A stretch of 64,000 bases of DNA from Pomacea canaliculata (Eukaryota): assembly GCF_003073045.1 (NCBI RefSeq), contig NC_037595.1, forward strand, positions 8,572,345 to 8,636,344, written 5' to 3'. Shown here piece after piece: positions 35,401 to 57,096 of the stretch. Position 1 is the first letter of the stretch. Every line of letters begins with the position of its first letter. Under the pieces are notes generated by a model. It searched no databases and was not told the origin of the DNA. It saw only the letters and a list, made by a program, of their open reading frames with translations. A program made the position numbers and the translations under genes.

Positions 35401-36099
35401 TTCAATCCTGATATATTTGCTATATATGATTCAACCATGCAAAATGTTCTCTGGATTACCTGATTAAGATTTTGATGATATTGGAGAACAGTGTAGATTC
35501 TTATTTTAAGAAGGAAATAAAGAATCAGACAGAAATATTTGACCCCTAACTGCAACTTTTAGGTGTGGCAGTATATGTTTATGAATCAGCCTCCCTATTA
35601 ATTATTGCTTAACCAGAATCAATGAGCTCAGAAGCTAATACCACGTTATTTAATCAACAGATTAAAAAACCAGACAGACTATCTGGGCTAAGTGTGGATG
35701 TTGGCATCTTGCATGAGTCTGCAAAAATGCAGGACTGGCTCAGCAAAAGAATGGTCAAAAGTTTGCAGGTATTACCTGTGTTTTAGAAATGAAGTGTCAG
35801 ACTATAAGTTAGGACTTTTATAGTTTGTTTCTATGGGGCTTAGATATAGCAAAAAAAAAGGAAAAAGTTTATGGAGTTATATGAGCACACACTCATGTAT
35901 AAACACACAAACATGAATATTACTATTAAGACATTTAATATATTCAATATACATAGTTATTTTCCTTGCCCTCTTCCTAAAAGGTTTGTAAGAAAAAGTC
36001 TGTAGTTTTAAAATGCTTACTGATTTGTAGGCTTTTAAAAAATCATGTTGTAGAAAATAAAATCCAATTTAAAAATGTAGGCAAAAGTCTACTCAGTGT

Positions 36100-39000
36100 A
36101 TGAACATGTACTTGATTGCATTTCTTAAGGATCTGTCAAAAGAGAAGGTAGGTCAGAGTGGTCTATTTCACATGTGGATTTTTTTCTCTGTGCATTTATG
36201 TTTATTTTGTTTTGAAAATGTTAGTAATAGTAATTGCAGTCAGTTTTTTTTGGTGACCATTGTTATGTACTTCAGTTTCACTTCCTCATTTAACACATCT
36301 GCTTATAGTGCAATAAGGATCTTCTTATCCTGCCACAGTTAGGCTGGATAAGCTGCAATAAACACAGTAGTTTGGGGCAAGTTTGTTTGGATAAGATCAG
36401 TTGATATTTTCATGTTTCTTGTGACAGGGCCTTTATATAATCACTTTGGGACATGTATGAGGGATCATGGCACTATGTACTGGTTTTGCCAACCTCATCA
36501 TGCTTGACAAAGGCAACTATCTTTCAGACCTCAAGCTTACCCTAACTATGGTTGGATAAAAAGGTCATTTAAGTGCAACATGTGGTTAATAAATCTGTCA
36601 TTACATATAAGACTTCGTGCTTTACTTGTTGTAAAATGACAACTGGAAAGAGTTGATATCCTTTTCCTGATAATGTGATTGGGTTTTGCATGCACTGAGT
36701 GTGGCATTATGTTCCAATGCATGCATATTGTTTTTAGAGTATTAGGATTATTTTTGTGTTTTTGTACTTGGCATTTCATTTCAGAAAAGTATATCATTAA
36801 ACCATACTCAGAATAATAACATATTATCAATGAATATCTATGTTTGTAAACTTTAAAAAAACGTACTCAGCCATCCAGTTACTCTTATTTTACCACCCTT
36901 TCCTCATGCCCAAATAGATGCAGAATTTTTTCATACACACTGATTAAAAATGCCACTTTACTGTAACTGCAGAAATGATCTGATTTTTCACTGCGAGCCT
37001 TTTGCTTTTGTGTTGCTGCTCTCTCTATTTCTGCATTTGATCATATAATAATCAAAAACCTCTTTGTCTTTCCAAGTTCTCCTCACTCAAACTTTGATTT
37101 GATTGCTACAGGTTAGAATATTTTCTTAGCTTAAGATCTGAATGAGTTATCATCTTTTTTCTTTTTGGTCACTTTATATATTAATCAACATTTGCCTTTC
37201 TTTTGGCATTTATTCCCTCTCATAGTTGTTGTGCTAACTAAAATAATATTTACAGAGTGCTGTTTCACAGCCATGTGTAGGTAGTGTTTAATGTTAGCAT
37301 TAACTACACAGTTGAAGTACTAGAAATATAAATATGTAACTAACATAATTACTAAACATTTGTGATGGTTTTGTGTATAAAATAATAGGCTACAAAAATC
37401 AACCAAGGCTTTTTACACTATCCTCTAAAACTGTGTATTTTTTTGTGCTGTTCATATGTACTAACTGATATGCCTTGTCTTTTTATGGTGTGATGACTGA
37501 ATATTTGTTGTCTCTGCTAGAAAAACATTTATTTCAGCCCATTAGCATCGTATTTTCTATGATTGGACAGGAGCGATCAGATGAGGAGAGTCGTGCTGCT
37601 CGTGTGCTGTATTCCCCTCTTCTGGAAACTGAACACACTTTTGTAAAAGTAAATCTGGAACTTTTTATCATTTGTACACTTATGATATCAAAAGTCATTC
37701 ATGTGTGCTAAAAGTTTTAATATCTTTAAAAAATAGTTTAATGAATTCATTCACACTTTCATACAGTGAAGCACATGAATACTGTAAATATTGAATTTGT
37801 TTGACACATCAGAACAATCCTTGTTTTTAGTTATCTGTGTGAGTTATATAGTGATTTATTAGACGACTTCTCCAGCTGATAAAAATAATTAACATGTGAG
37901 CTACTTGAATGTGGTGTTGATATAAATAGTCTGTGTATAAATTATACAATTTACACTATCTTTATCTCCAGTTGGCAGAACTAATAAAACTAGTATTTCA
38001 CAATTTCCCCCATGTTCAAAAAGCTTACTGTTTACTAAGCAATCTTTCCATATGAGTTTTTATAGACCTGTCTTAAAATTAATAGTGAAGAAAGGCATCT
38101 TTTTCTCAGTTTCAAGGAAAATATACATACGCACTCCTTTGTGGCTTTTGCGCTTAATTATTATAATTTGAATTTGGCATGATCTTTGTTGCGAGAAATT
38201 TTCTGATTCATTTCTCTGATGATGGTCCTTTTTATTGAAACTTCTTATTGTGTTTGGATGCTTATATGGGGAAACCGGCCACATCTGCTTTCATTTATCT
38301 TCTGCATGAAGTGCAGTGGATGTACTTTTTGGAAACTAAATTTGTTCTTAAAATAGGAATTTTTATATTTTTTAGAAACCCTCCATGATCATTGATTCTC
38401 TGCTCGATGATGCCATATTTGGATTTTTATTCAATGAAATTGTTATAAATTTGTCATTACTAGATGATAAAATCTTGCCTGTAAAGAATAGAATCATTCA
38501 TCACATCTTTTGCACCAGATCCATTTTAAATTCTTTGTAAATTAAGGTGTTGATATAAATAGAATAGAAGAAATATTCTTCTGTCATCTTTTCCTTTAGA
38601 TCGATTTTCAGTTTTAGGGAGAAGTCTGAAACACAACTGAAAATGTACATTCAATGAAATAATATCCTTTAGTCTACACTAATAAAATGTATTTTTGTTC
38701 CTCAAACTTGCGTGAAGTTGTTTGCCAGTGTCATATTCTTATTTTGATCTTTGCAGGATTTGGATGAATTCCTTTTGCATGAAGATATGCTAAAGCAGCG
38801 CAAGAAGGAGCTGTTACATAAACAGTGGAATGACCATGTTTTGAACCAATCAGGCGCCAGATCCTGAAAGTCATTGATGGCCAAGATTGGTCAGAAGTTG
38901 ACCGACGGAAAAGGGAGCTGCACAGGCAATATTTGGAATATGTAAACAGAAAAGTGAGCAGCATGTTTGGTTATAAATATTTCTCCTTTTACTTGTCTGC

Positions 39001-42000
39001 TTGCTCATAAGGATTGTGCTTCATTTATGCTAGCATTCTTGGCTAGTCTGCTAGTCTGTTCATGGTGTTTATTGTAATTTATTGCTTACTACTTTTAATT
39101 TTTTTTTTTTCTGAGGTGTAGGCTGATTTTTTTTTAATGGTATTAGAAACTGGAACAGTCAATATGATTGTAGAAATGTAGTACTTCTACCATGTGGTGC
39201 AGCTGGTTGACCAGATTTTGAGGGTTACAGCTTGCAGTGTTCTGAGCTCTGCTGTTTCTTGTGTGTATTATATACATATATTTATTTCACACAGGGCTTT
39301 GTATTCTTGGAAACTATGGATAAAGGAGAGTATTACGCTCAGGCTTTGAATGCCCATCGCCCCTCACCAATTAAGGTTAGCAGCAAGTACAATTACTGAG
39401 AGAGAAATCAGTGAATGATGTGGTCTATAGTGTTTCTAAGGACAGAGGGACATGATTACATGAACCAACTCCTGCCCCTTCCCCTCCCCACATGCACATA
39501 TGCATGCACACACACATACACAACAGAGAGAGCATCAGTGAGTCTGTACAAGTCATGATTTTGAATACTTTCAATGCAAGTGCATTGGAAAGGTGCTGCT
39601 ATTCTAGCTTTTACACAGGGCTTTGTATTATTGGAAAAGTGCAAAACTTTGCACAAGTGTCTGTGCTCTAATTCATTTAGATATTACGCTTATTTTTTAA
39701 TATTCAAGATTATGATATTCTGAAGCATTATACTTATAACTTTTAAAATCATTTAATGAAACATTTGCCATTATTTAAAGAACAACACCCTTGCCAAATC
39801 ACTACAGTCAAGAAACAATGTTGACAGCTGCTTGAATTTCTACAGATTGTTGTACCAGCTCTGCGAGACCCACTTCTTTCACAAGGGCGTGCACGCAGTG
39901 AAGAAGAGCAGACAATTTTGCGTTGCATGACTGGGAGTATTTACACACAGAAGGATATAAATCAAGTCAAGTTGCCGCCCATGCCATTAGTACCACTGGG
40001 TCGCCATGGCACAGACACTATGCAGTGGAATCAAATGCCCCTTGGAAACATTGACAGCACACCCCGCTTGGCCAGCAGGTAATAGTTTGGACCATGTGTT
40101 AAAGAAACCTTTTTAAGAAATATCTTCCATAAAATGTTGTGTTCTACACACTGCTCATTTCTTCATCTTTGTCCATGAACTTAATTTTGCCTTGGTGTCA
40201 TTTGCTTGCTGATGCTTATGTTTCTTGTATAGCTGACTCTTGGTTTGTTTGTAATCCTTTGCATGCAGCACATTGAGCTTACATTCACCTGGGTAAATTT
40301 GATAATGTTCATTATTGCTATTAGCCCTCCATCATTTTACATGTACTTGCAGTGGATTGATTGCTGGTTACTAAGTTCAGAAAGCTTTTTCTGATTTACT
40401 ATCATTTTGAACCATTTCTAAAACTGTGTGCAAGGCCTAGTCCAGTTGCTTTGTGGTGTTGCTTAAAGTTATTATTTTTGCTTTGTGTTTTCATAACACT
40501 CTGAATGTCAGACCTGTCATTCTCTCCATCTTAAATATTGCATTGTGAGCAGAGAAATAAGAGATTTACACATCAGAGCTGATGGAAAAAGTCATAATGC
40601 ATTTAAAATCAAGTTTCTGTTACATTGCATAAAAAGTTCATTTAGAATGTTGTGCATTTCTTCAGTCTAAAGTAGACTTACTTTATGTGGAGTATATACA
40701 TGTGTATATATATATTTTAGATGTGACATTTGCTTTCTTTGTTTTGCAAGTTTTTCTTATGTTTCAATGCATGACTCCTTTAATTCTTAGTTTATTCTTG
40801 CAGTTTGCACCTTAGTAAATTCTGCAGATATGGCATCACATCCGCTAGTAAAGGCATGTTAACAATGTCAATTTGTTTTGTCTGGTAAATATAGTCATGC
40901 ATTAACTAATGAAAACCATAGTTATATCAGGTTAGTGAAAACCTGTTGCAGTTACTGCAAATAAAAAGAAAAGGCACTTGCTATTCCATTTTATTTTGTA
41001 GAATTAGATGTGGTAATGCACAAATATTTGCAGTACAGGATTGTTTTGTTGCTTTCCCTTACACAGATCTAAATCAGTTGGAGATTTAATGTCAGCTTCT
41101 CTTTTGGTCTTGTGTGAGATAATGAGTTTGCAAGCTGATGTGGAAATTAAGTTACTTTTTTATGTCATGTCACCTAGTGTTTCTCATCTTATGGCCTTCA
41201 TCTAATTGCCTGATTCTGTCCCTCATCATATTAATGCACTGTGAACAGTTTAAACATTAGCAAAAAGATTTATTCTGGTGCTACTGACTGATCATAAAGT
41301 GTTCAAAATAGTCTTGGAAGATTGTCAGTCGTGGCAAGGTTTGTTATAAATGTTCTCTATATTTCTGTTATTGGGTTGTAGAATATCAAAATTATTTTCC
41401 AGAATATTGTTCCAACTTTAAGAACAGATTGTATTTGAAGAACAATGAAAATATAAAAATTATGTGTACATTTGATGTGGTTGCATTTGATTATTTTATC
41501 ACCCTTTCATTCGCTCAGAAAAGTCCAAAACCTTAAAAGTGATTTTAAAGGTTACATATATAATTTCAAAAAGCAAGCTATGTTGTTTCTGTGATAGTTT
41601 TTCGCCAAAGCCATTTCGGCAGATTTCTTCAGCAACAGTGTTTCAGATATGATTTATTTGAAAGACTGTGGTTTATTTGTTGGTAGATTGAGACAGATCA
41701 GGAACAAAAGAAAAGGTATCCAAATTCCTGAGTTGTAAGTTACACTAATGTTGGGGTTGCATATGTATGTTCTTTAAGTTCCAAATTTTATGCAGCTTTT
41801 AATTTGTTTCACATTTAACTTGTCCCCAAACCTGTAGTTAGCAACAGTATAGTGTTTGTAATGTTTGAAAAACATTATTTAGTCTTTTGAGTTGTGTAGT
41901 TAATGATGTTATTGCACCAACATCAACAGATCTTTGTTTTGTTGCTTTTTTTATTAATATTTTGTTGTGTGTCCATTTTCATTTCAGATTGAAAAATCAA

Positions 42001-42892
42001 TTAATTTTCACCTAGATGAAAAAAATGTTCACTTGTCTTTCTGTATTTGCTTATGATTATATCCAATTTTTTAACTTCAGCTCATCATATAACAATACTC
42101 TAAGGAGAGTAACTGCTGATTTGATATGATAGTGAATGTGGAAGATTTTCTTTTTTATATTTTGATGTTTGCTTTGCAGATCTGAAACATTTATGTTCAG
42201 CTCTTAATAAATTCTTCTGATGTGTAAATACTAAACCATTAACACTATGTTGCTAGCATATAATTCCAATAACTATTGCATAATATAGTTATAATGTGTT
42301 ATTTAGATGAAATTGTAATAGAGTTGGTAGAAGCTAATTCCTGCTGAGTGAAACATAAATACAAATCATTTGACATTCACATAATATTTTTTCATACTAA
42401 GATTTAAAAAAACACAAACAACCATGATTCCCCCCTTCCCCTAGTCACAGCCACAAAGTAACACATTTTGTGCTCTTTCCAATTTCTTCCATGCTTTATT
42501 CCCCATGCAAACAATGTCATGTTCTTCATATTGTCAGCCATCAGTAAGCCACAAGAATAAAATATATAACTAAAATAAAAAGACATAAAATAAAAAAATG
42601 CACATTAAAAAAAAAATTGAAATATTTATGAAATGAACTTTGCTCATGCTTGCTTGCTCTTGTTTGGGTTTTAACCAGGCTGCGCATGAAGGGTAACTGT
42701 ACCAGCACACAAGTGGACTTTGAAAAATGGGCTAACCTGCCAGTTGATCCTCGCATCATAGATGTGGAACTGATGACACAGAAAAAGCGTATGTTTCCAG
42801 AGAAACCGCCGTATGGTATACCAGCTCGTGAAGTATCCCAAGTCCCATTTTTGTGGTTTGACACAGACCATGTGAAGGAAATTTATACATAG
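36100..42892 (+). CDS. Unidentified multi-exon protein-coding gene. Candidate exons: 36100-36147 (possible ATG exon, weak), 37538-37648, 38757-38953, 39295-39375, 39846-40078, 42679-42892 (stop TAG at 42890-42892).
   Basis: GT-AG-bounded ORF segments with phase continuity over the last four exons: 'PISIVFSMIGQERSDEESRAARVLYSPLLETEHTFVK'; 'DLDEFLLHEDMLKQRKKELLHKQWNDHVLN' then frame switch to 'IRRQILKVIDGQDWSEVDRRKRELHRQYLEYVNRK'; 'GFVFLETMDKGEYYAQALNAHRPSPIK'; 'IVVPALRDPLLSQGRARSEEEQTILRCMTGSIYTQKDINQVKLPPMPLVPLGRHGTDTMQWNQMPLGNIDSTPRLAS'; 'RLRMKGNCTSTQVDFEKWANLPVDPRIIDVELMTQKKRMFPEKPPYGIPAREVSQVPFLWFDTDHVKEIYT*'. I do not recognise the family. Exons between 40078 and 42679 may be missing. Confidence 0.45.
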
Positions 42893-45379
42893 AATAATGA
42901 AAAAATTCTGCAGCCTGAGTTCGAGTGCTTCTGTTGATTTAAAGCAGACTCTTACAAATATTAACTTCTTGATTGTGCTTGTGGTTTGTAAACATTGTCT
43001 TCTCAATATCGTTTTCCATATAAACATGGAATTAAGCTGTCCTGCAGGCTTTGGTAGGAGCCTCAACAGTGTCCTGAGCTGTCTCAAATGAAATCAGGTG
43101 TCTTGTCAAGGTGGAAAATTTTGGTTTCCACATCTCCAGCAGTATTGTTGTTTTGAAATATCACACGGAGTCAAAAGGATGTAGTACATCAAGGTGTGAT
43201 TTGAAAACTTTGTCAGATAAGTGTTTGTTTTTTTGACAATCTAGCTTGAATTAAGCTTAAAAAAGCCACTGCTTGGGTGATTTAGGGTTTCCATTGTGGT
43301 CACGCAACTATCTAGTATGACATAGATCTTGCTACCATGTAGTCAGTTTGCTTTCATTAATGGGTATTGGTATTCATCAACCTTCAGCCAGTGTATATGA
43401 TTCAGTTAATTCATTGTTGGTTGACACTGTACATAACATAGCAGTCGAGCACTCATTTTTGACAATCTCATTAATTTCAAAGTAAACTTTTAAGTAATGC
43501 AGATGATAAACAGTATTTCAATATTATTTACCTTCATTTAAAAATAGTGCTTGGGTAAAGGATACTCGATCAGACTTTTTTTTAGGTCACAGTTCAAATC
43601 TTTGGCTAGACCAATGGATGGCTCAAGGTACTTATGTCCCATATTTTTGTACTGCACACACTTACGTGTAAGCAAATTGCAGGAGACTGTTTACTTACTT
43701 TTTATTGTTAGAAGCTTAACAAAATAAGTTAAAGATGTAAAAATTGCTAAATTTACAATACCTTTAAACATAGATTTATAATTCTCAGAGTAATATCTCA
43801 AACATGACATAATTATATGCATGTGACTGATAAACAATAATATGAAAGCTAAATTCTGGATGTTTCATGCTTACATTCAAATCTCATTGCTAAAGTATTA
43901 TGTGATCAAGATGCATGCACAGAGACATTAATTTCTTGCTGAAAATTAAGCACCAATTTGCTGATCATTATGCGACATAGTCTCTATATAATTTTTATTC
44001 CTGTGCATGGTTCTAGTATGGGTATTTAATGAGTTTTCTTGCCACCAAAAATTCAAATTAGGAAATTCAAAAATACTTTGCTTTAAGGGGTTTCATAGAT
44101 AATAATCTTTGTTTTGATACAAAGCCCTCTACTTATCTTGTGAATCAAATGTGTATGAACACTGCACTAAAAATTATGTGGTAATTAAAAGAGGCATTTT
44201 CATTTTGCAGTGACATTATTCTTTGATCTCCAAAAAGTTTCCTGTGATAGTCCTACTTATTTGTTGTTAAGGGGTTTCCAATGTATCTCCTTCAGGTATG
44301 TTTAAGTACCTTCAAGAGGATTAACATTTAGTATAATTTTAACATGCATGAACTGAGACGCATAAGTATTAAGATATTAAGGTAAGAATTTATCTCAAAG
44401 AATTAGATATGAGTGCATCAAATGTGTAGTCACATTGACCTGTAAAACAACACTGAAAATAAAAACATTTCATTCACTTAAATGTACTTTGCTGTTGTCA
44501 ATAGATTTCAGCAAAGCTATATTAGAATTAATTCTGTATTTCTCAAAATGTGTTTGATTAAATCATTTATCTAAACAAAATTTTTGTTTAACAAGTGTTA
44601 TAGATGTGTTTAAGTGTGCTTTTGTATTTGTGCATGAGTTTGCTCTTTCATGTTCCTCTATGTAAGAGAAAAAAGAACTTCAACTACTTAAAAATACCAT
44701 GCAGTCACAAAAGTTAAATGCACATTATATATACAGGCCTAGCTGTTATTAGCCAGTGTATGGAACACAAGTCACAGGATGATTGATCATTCTTACCAAA
44801 GTGTAATTCAAAACAACCCTCTTAGCATGGCATAAAAGTATAACCCATCTCACAGACTGATATAGAAATTGTCCGCCAGATTTGTATACTCTAAGTTGCT
44901 CAGAAGGATCTTCCCTGATATGCAAATTATGGCTTATGAATAAATGGGGGTTACTTTCACTGCTGAAGTTGCTGTAGACCCTCTTGTTCTAATCTAGAGC
45001 CAGTGTAAACATAGCTTCAAAATATTCGAAGATTTTGATGGAGGGTGGTGGTGGTTAAGAAATTCTATTTGTTAGTATTCGTATGTATACAGTGAGTGTG
45101 TGTGTGCGCGCGCGTAGGAGAATGGGTGTAGATAAGTTAACTGTTGTTGTGGGTTATGTGTCAGTACGTACAGTCGCTGAATGAATGGTGAAAATCAGTT
45201 GAGTTGTATAATGCATAAAAATAATAAACGCAAAATGCAAGCCGAAATTAACTATTAGTGCAGCCATAGTTATGACTGAACGGCGTGCGTCACTTATTAT
45301 TCAGAATGGGTAAATACACATTTTTTTGCACCACGCACGAACTGATACACACCGCCATGTCGACTTTCGATGCCTGGCG

Positions 45380-45400
45380 ATCAGCCAATCAAACAGAGGC
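45380..45400 (+). promoter_or_regulatory. CCAAT box ~80 nt upstream of the thiolase ATG, inside a CpG-containing block at 45290-45470
   Basis: 'cgatcagccaatcaaacagagg' at 45381-45402 is a CCAAT motif. No TATA box is obvious. Confidence 0.3.
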
Positions 45401-45470
45401 TAACATTTGTGTTTGGTCGTACGACGTCCTCGCGTGCCGTGCGAGTCACATTAACAAATATTTCGCCGAA

Positions 45471-51770
<6,300 letters not shown>

Positions 51771-54700
51771 ATATTTATAACCTCCTGACCATTATTTTTG
51801 GTAGTTTTTGGTGAGGGTGCGTGTGCAGAGAAAAACGACTATGCATGAGGTGGGCAATTGCTTAAGTATTTGTACTGTCAAGAAATGAAATTTTTTTAAA
51901 TGATAAGCTGACTAAGGAATTAGTGTGTGACCTTAGACTTACTGGTGTTTATACATTTGACCTCGGCACTTTTATATTTTACATTTCACCTTGGGACCAA
52001 TTAAGAAAGTGTTAACACCACTGTCATACCTGTTAGTATTGTTTTAAACTGTAGTTATCATGGCTCAAGCTTACCTACATGTTTTTAATTTGAATGGTGG
52101 GTTTTTGCCCTCTTTCTCCTTGGCCTCTTTTTGATCAGAGAAGAATTTTTCAGATTTGTACAAGTTACAACATGTGAATTTTTTTTTTTTAAAAAAAGCT
52201 CAGTCTCCTCAACTTTCATTGATGAATGATGAATGCTAATTGTGAAAGTACTTCTTCGAATCTAAAGTAGGCACCATTTTTATGAGCGACAAGTGTTTTT
52301 ATCATTTTCTTTTAGTGAGAGTACAAAAAGGCAGTTCCCTAACAATTTGATTTTCTGAAGTTTATTTTGGGCCCAGGTTTTTGAGGGGGAGGATGTCCAT
52401 CTCTCCCTCACTGCCTTTTGTTCCCCAGCCATCTAACCCTAACCCTGATTTTAAGTCCTAGCATTTGACTTTCCCAATCTGAAACCAGGCCTCCACAAAG
52501 CCTTGTAAAGGAAGGAAATCCAATTAGAAGAAAAAAATCCTAATTGCTTCCATTTAAACATGATCTTTCCCTGTTCAGGTCTGTGCGAAAAGAGCAACCA
52601 TAGATGTTTATCTTTGGACTGCTGGTGGTCTGCCGAGTTGTGGGCTGTAAGATCTGGGAAAGCCACTTAATAGTTAACCACAGTGAAGTTCATTGTGTCA
52701 ACAGCATACCTTCAGTAAGCTCATTTTCTTGTAAAAAAGAAATGTTCCCAAAATGTCCCCATTTAATGGCTGAGAAATACAACACAGAAATACATGATTT
52801 TGGTTGAATTTCATTCAACATTTGGGGTTTGCAAGTTGTCTCTAGAGACTGTAAAGAGCCTTTATTCGACTGTTTCATAATAAAGGAAAGGTAAGAGTGC
52901 ACTTATCAGGGCCTGAAATCGTCATTTCTCCCTAGAACGGTTGTATATTTATCAAAATAGATGATGTGGTTTATTAATGGCAGTTTATCATTTTTGCTTA
53001 AAGCTACTAGAGAGCATAGAAGACTGATTTTAAGAACTTCGAAAGTTCAGAAATAGATTAAGCCAGCCTGTGTAACTATCTGGAATAACTTTTGGTGACG
53101 TGTTTTTGTATGTGGTTCAGAAGTCAGAGGACTGCAAGTTTAATGTGCACTGGCCCACATTTCCTCATTAAATTAGCCAAATTTATGCAATGTGATGAAT
53201 CTCACATTTTGAACAAATATTAAGCATAACATTCTTGCATATCTCGTGACAGTAAAAGGGTCTTGTGTATGCATCTAACCAGTTCTGAATACTAATTGTA
53301 ACAGTTTGGGTGACTTCTTACAGGGCTGAAGTAGTGTGATGTCACAGCATAGTGTGCTTCAGGTGGGCTGTTTGTTGGAGGTGGGATGCACTAGCTAGTG
53401 CTCATTGAAATTGCATTCCATATTATTATGGCTATTCAGATATTGCTGGCACTTGCACTTTGGTAATGGTAACGGATGTCGTACTTTGTGTACTGCTGCT
53501 GAAGCAGATGCTACCAGCACTACGCAGAATAAAGATGCCTGGCTTAAAGATTATTTTTATGGTTTACTATCAGTTGCTGTACAGTGAAACTCTGATAACG
53601 ATTACCATTACAGTAATGAACTCACAACTGATGGGAGAAAGACAAGCCTTTTTCCTATGTAGCTTTATTTCACAACTGTGATTTTCAACAAATTTACTGC
53701 AATACTTAAAAGGCTGTTGAGATGCATGTCATGGAAAACTGCCCTCACTACAAAAACTACACCCAACAAAATTTTTGCAATATGAAAGCTTTCTACACCA
53801 AAATGGTTTGTACCATGGTGTCCAAATACCAACACACAATTTTAACTTTCCTCAGAAATGCTTTCTGTGATCAATGCCAATGAAAAGCAAAGAAGCATTC
53901 TAAAGAAGAAGCATGCACACAAGCAAATCTATTTTCTGTCTTTAAATATGTAGCAAACTTATTTTCACAAGTTAATTTTTCAAAGTATTGAATGTTCATC
54001 TTCAACATTAAAATTTTCTAAGCAATCACTGGTAAATCCTAAGCAGACAAACTCCTACTAGTAAAAGTTGATTAAATCTGAAATGGCATAACCACACAGT
54101 AAACTAAAGAATCTCCCATAGAAATAATGGTTTTAAACAATATTTTACATACAATTGTTGCAAAAAAAATGTGAGAACACTGCTTGTAATTTTTTTGTGT
54201 GTAAATGTTGCTCTATTCAGTTGTGAGCAAAACAAATCTTTTGAAATGAAAAAAAAAGTACACAGCACAAGATAGCTGGATGTCCTCCAGAATTAATTTC
54301 TCCCACTCTTAGACAATGTGAAGCATAATTTGAAGGGTTATCCCTATAATTGGGTGCAAAATATTGTTTCTTATTAAACAAGTGTTTTGAAGCATTCCAA
54401 CAAGTTAAACTTCCGCAAGTGACTTGTACAGAAAGTGATGCTAGAAAATGTATTACATCACTGAGCTAAAATTTATTAGTTTTTCATCTGACCAGCTTTA
54501 GGGCTACGACTTACAACACCGGCTATTCTCTAAATAGCATCCACAGTTGGCAAGATCCTTTGTTGATAAAATACATTTCATTCCACATGCAAACAATGTT
54601 ACAGATATCCTTAAAATTGTTATTCTGTTAGTGGTATTATACTTAAAGATGGATTGATGCCATGGCATGCAGACCGACATTTCACATTCACATATACTCC

Positions 54701-57096
54701 TCTGTTCTTTGCTCCAGCCTACACCGCAGTTACACATGACTTAAAGATTGTTTGGATGCAATTTTCACTCACAGATTATGAACTAAGATCTGAGCAAGTG
54801 AAAGGTGTGTCCTTAATCAAGGCAGCTTTCGGCATTTTGCATACAGATTTGGTCACAAATAAAGCAGTCCAACATCATGGACATGGCATGTGAGTAAGCA
54901 ATACCAATAAACAGCATAAATCCAAAATGATTCTGTTGCACTCTGAATTTAGTTTTGCCTTAGTGACAGGAAAGTTTCATGTTTCCAATAATTAGTCATC
55001 ACATGAAATTTAAATACTTGCTGCATAAGATAGTTCCAATTTCTGTTAATAAACTTGTTATAGTTACAATGTTAAGTAAACTTACACCATCTATAAATGG
55101 TCTTCTATTTACGGTTAGTAACATTCATCTTGTGTTTGATCATGAGGTTATACACAAAGAAACTATAACTAACGTTTAAAGAAATGTAAATATTTTCCAG
55201 CATTTATTTCACAAATACAGATACTGGGCAAAATACAGTTATCAATGATTAAAAAGTATCTTGAGCATATGATGTAAACATACTAGTCTCTAATAAAAGG
55301 TAAGGTCAAAATAACTTGCATCAATAGTTTCTCAGTAAGTAATTTTAAAAAAAGAGACAGTCAATACCTTGATGTACACAGTAAACTGCGCATCCTTACT
55401 TTAAAGCACTTCTGGTTGTCAGATTTCAAGATTGAAAATTTGAACAATTTTCAAATTGTCTATGGTCTTTCTGGTTGGATTGTCTTCAAGGCTACCCCCA
55501 GTAAAAATCAAAACTGAGCTCACAGTTGCCGATAGGTAAGAGGTTAGTGTTGTCATAAGCTTTTATATTAATAGTTTGGTGGTTATATGATAAAGCTTTT
55601 GCCCTGAATCAGAAATGTATAAATTTTAACATGCAGGTCTGAACCACTGTCACAACTTTCAAAAGGCTTGAAATTAACTGAGAATGGAAATGTGTTTTTA
55701 AGAAGTCCTCTATCAATTTCCTCCCAGACCGGTGACACCTAAACAAACTGCTACCATCACATACTACATATACAGTCAACATCACCCTAAAAGCCATTAT
55801 ACTAGTTTTCAATGCATTTGCACAAAATCATTTTCAGTCCGGCAAAAAGACAATGTCACAATTTGATATGGTATGAAAATGTACAAAATTCCCTTTCAGA
55901 CTAATCTGTACTACTTAACTTGCTACAGACTCATTACGTGTCCCCTTCACCATTTTTTTAGGGAAAAAACAATTGGACAAGAAAAGCTAAGCACAACCAC
56001 ACTGTGACACAGTTAATCATCTAGATATTTTTGTTAAATAAAAGTAATTAGTTATCTAATTTTCAAAACATCAAGTAAATGATTACTATAGTAAAAACAA
56101 AACTCTAAAGCGCTAAAATAAAACCACAATCATACATCATGGCAACCTGCCTCCTGAGCCCTCCTGTCTGTATTGTGCTCTATTGGCCAAAACTAATTTT
56201 TCCATTTTTTAAATTGCATTTTGAATTGAACAGGGAAAAAACCAGTTTCTGACTTGTGCTCAAGCAATGTTAAACCAACATCCACCACCACTGAGGAACA
56301 TGGCAAGATTGGATCAACTTTGGAATAAAACAGAACACAAGTGTTTTACAAGTCAATCACTTTTATGGCATCTTACTAATTTTGAAAAAAACAACATCAC
56401 AAATTACAACAAAGAAGTGCACTAGCTATTCAGCTCTGCTATCGACAAAACATGTTGTGACCTCATCACACCCAGCAATAAATAATACAATAAATGCTCT
56501 TCAAAAATGAACTGTCTTCGCACAATATCATCAAGCAAACAGTGCTGCAGACAAGGCAGGAAATATAGACATAATCGCTTTCTTCAAATCACATTGTTTT
56601 AACTATACAATTTGATAACAATCTGATAGATTTGTTGAAAATTTAACAAAAATATTTTCAATAATAATTTCAAAATTAAAAATGTAATTTTAGTTGATAT
56701 GAAAAATGTAGAAATAGACATTATCAAATGCTAAATTCAAAATGGCATAAATATAAGTCAAACCAGACAAAGATATCTAAAGGTTCACCATTTCAGTCTA
56801 GGTTTGGACTTGAACATCACATAATGCTTACTGGGCACAATGGATGGGATTCACATTCCACTTCAAAATAGATAACGAGTGTTTCTTCCATAACAGTTTC
56901 TCACCAAAAAATGAATGCGTTTCATTTGCTTGGACAAAATCACATTAATGAACACAGTTTACTAAAAAAACAAAACGTGAATGCACCCTGACACTAAAGA
57001 AATAAACCACTCTCTGCCCTGCTGCAACAACATCCATTCTGTGGTAGAAGAAAATCATGAACTGCTCTGCTTCCCCACTGGTTGTGCTTTAAAACC

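Noticed and set aside
42671-43087. 138-aa minus-strand ORF
   Set aside because: It is antisense to the terminal coding exon and 3' region of the plus-strand unknown gene. It has no splice sites or homology.
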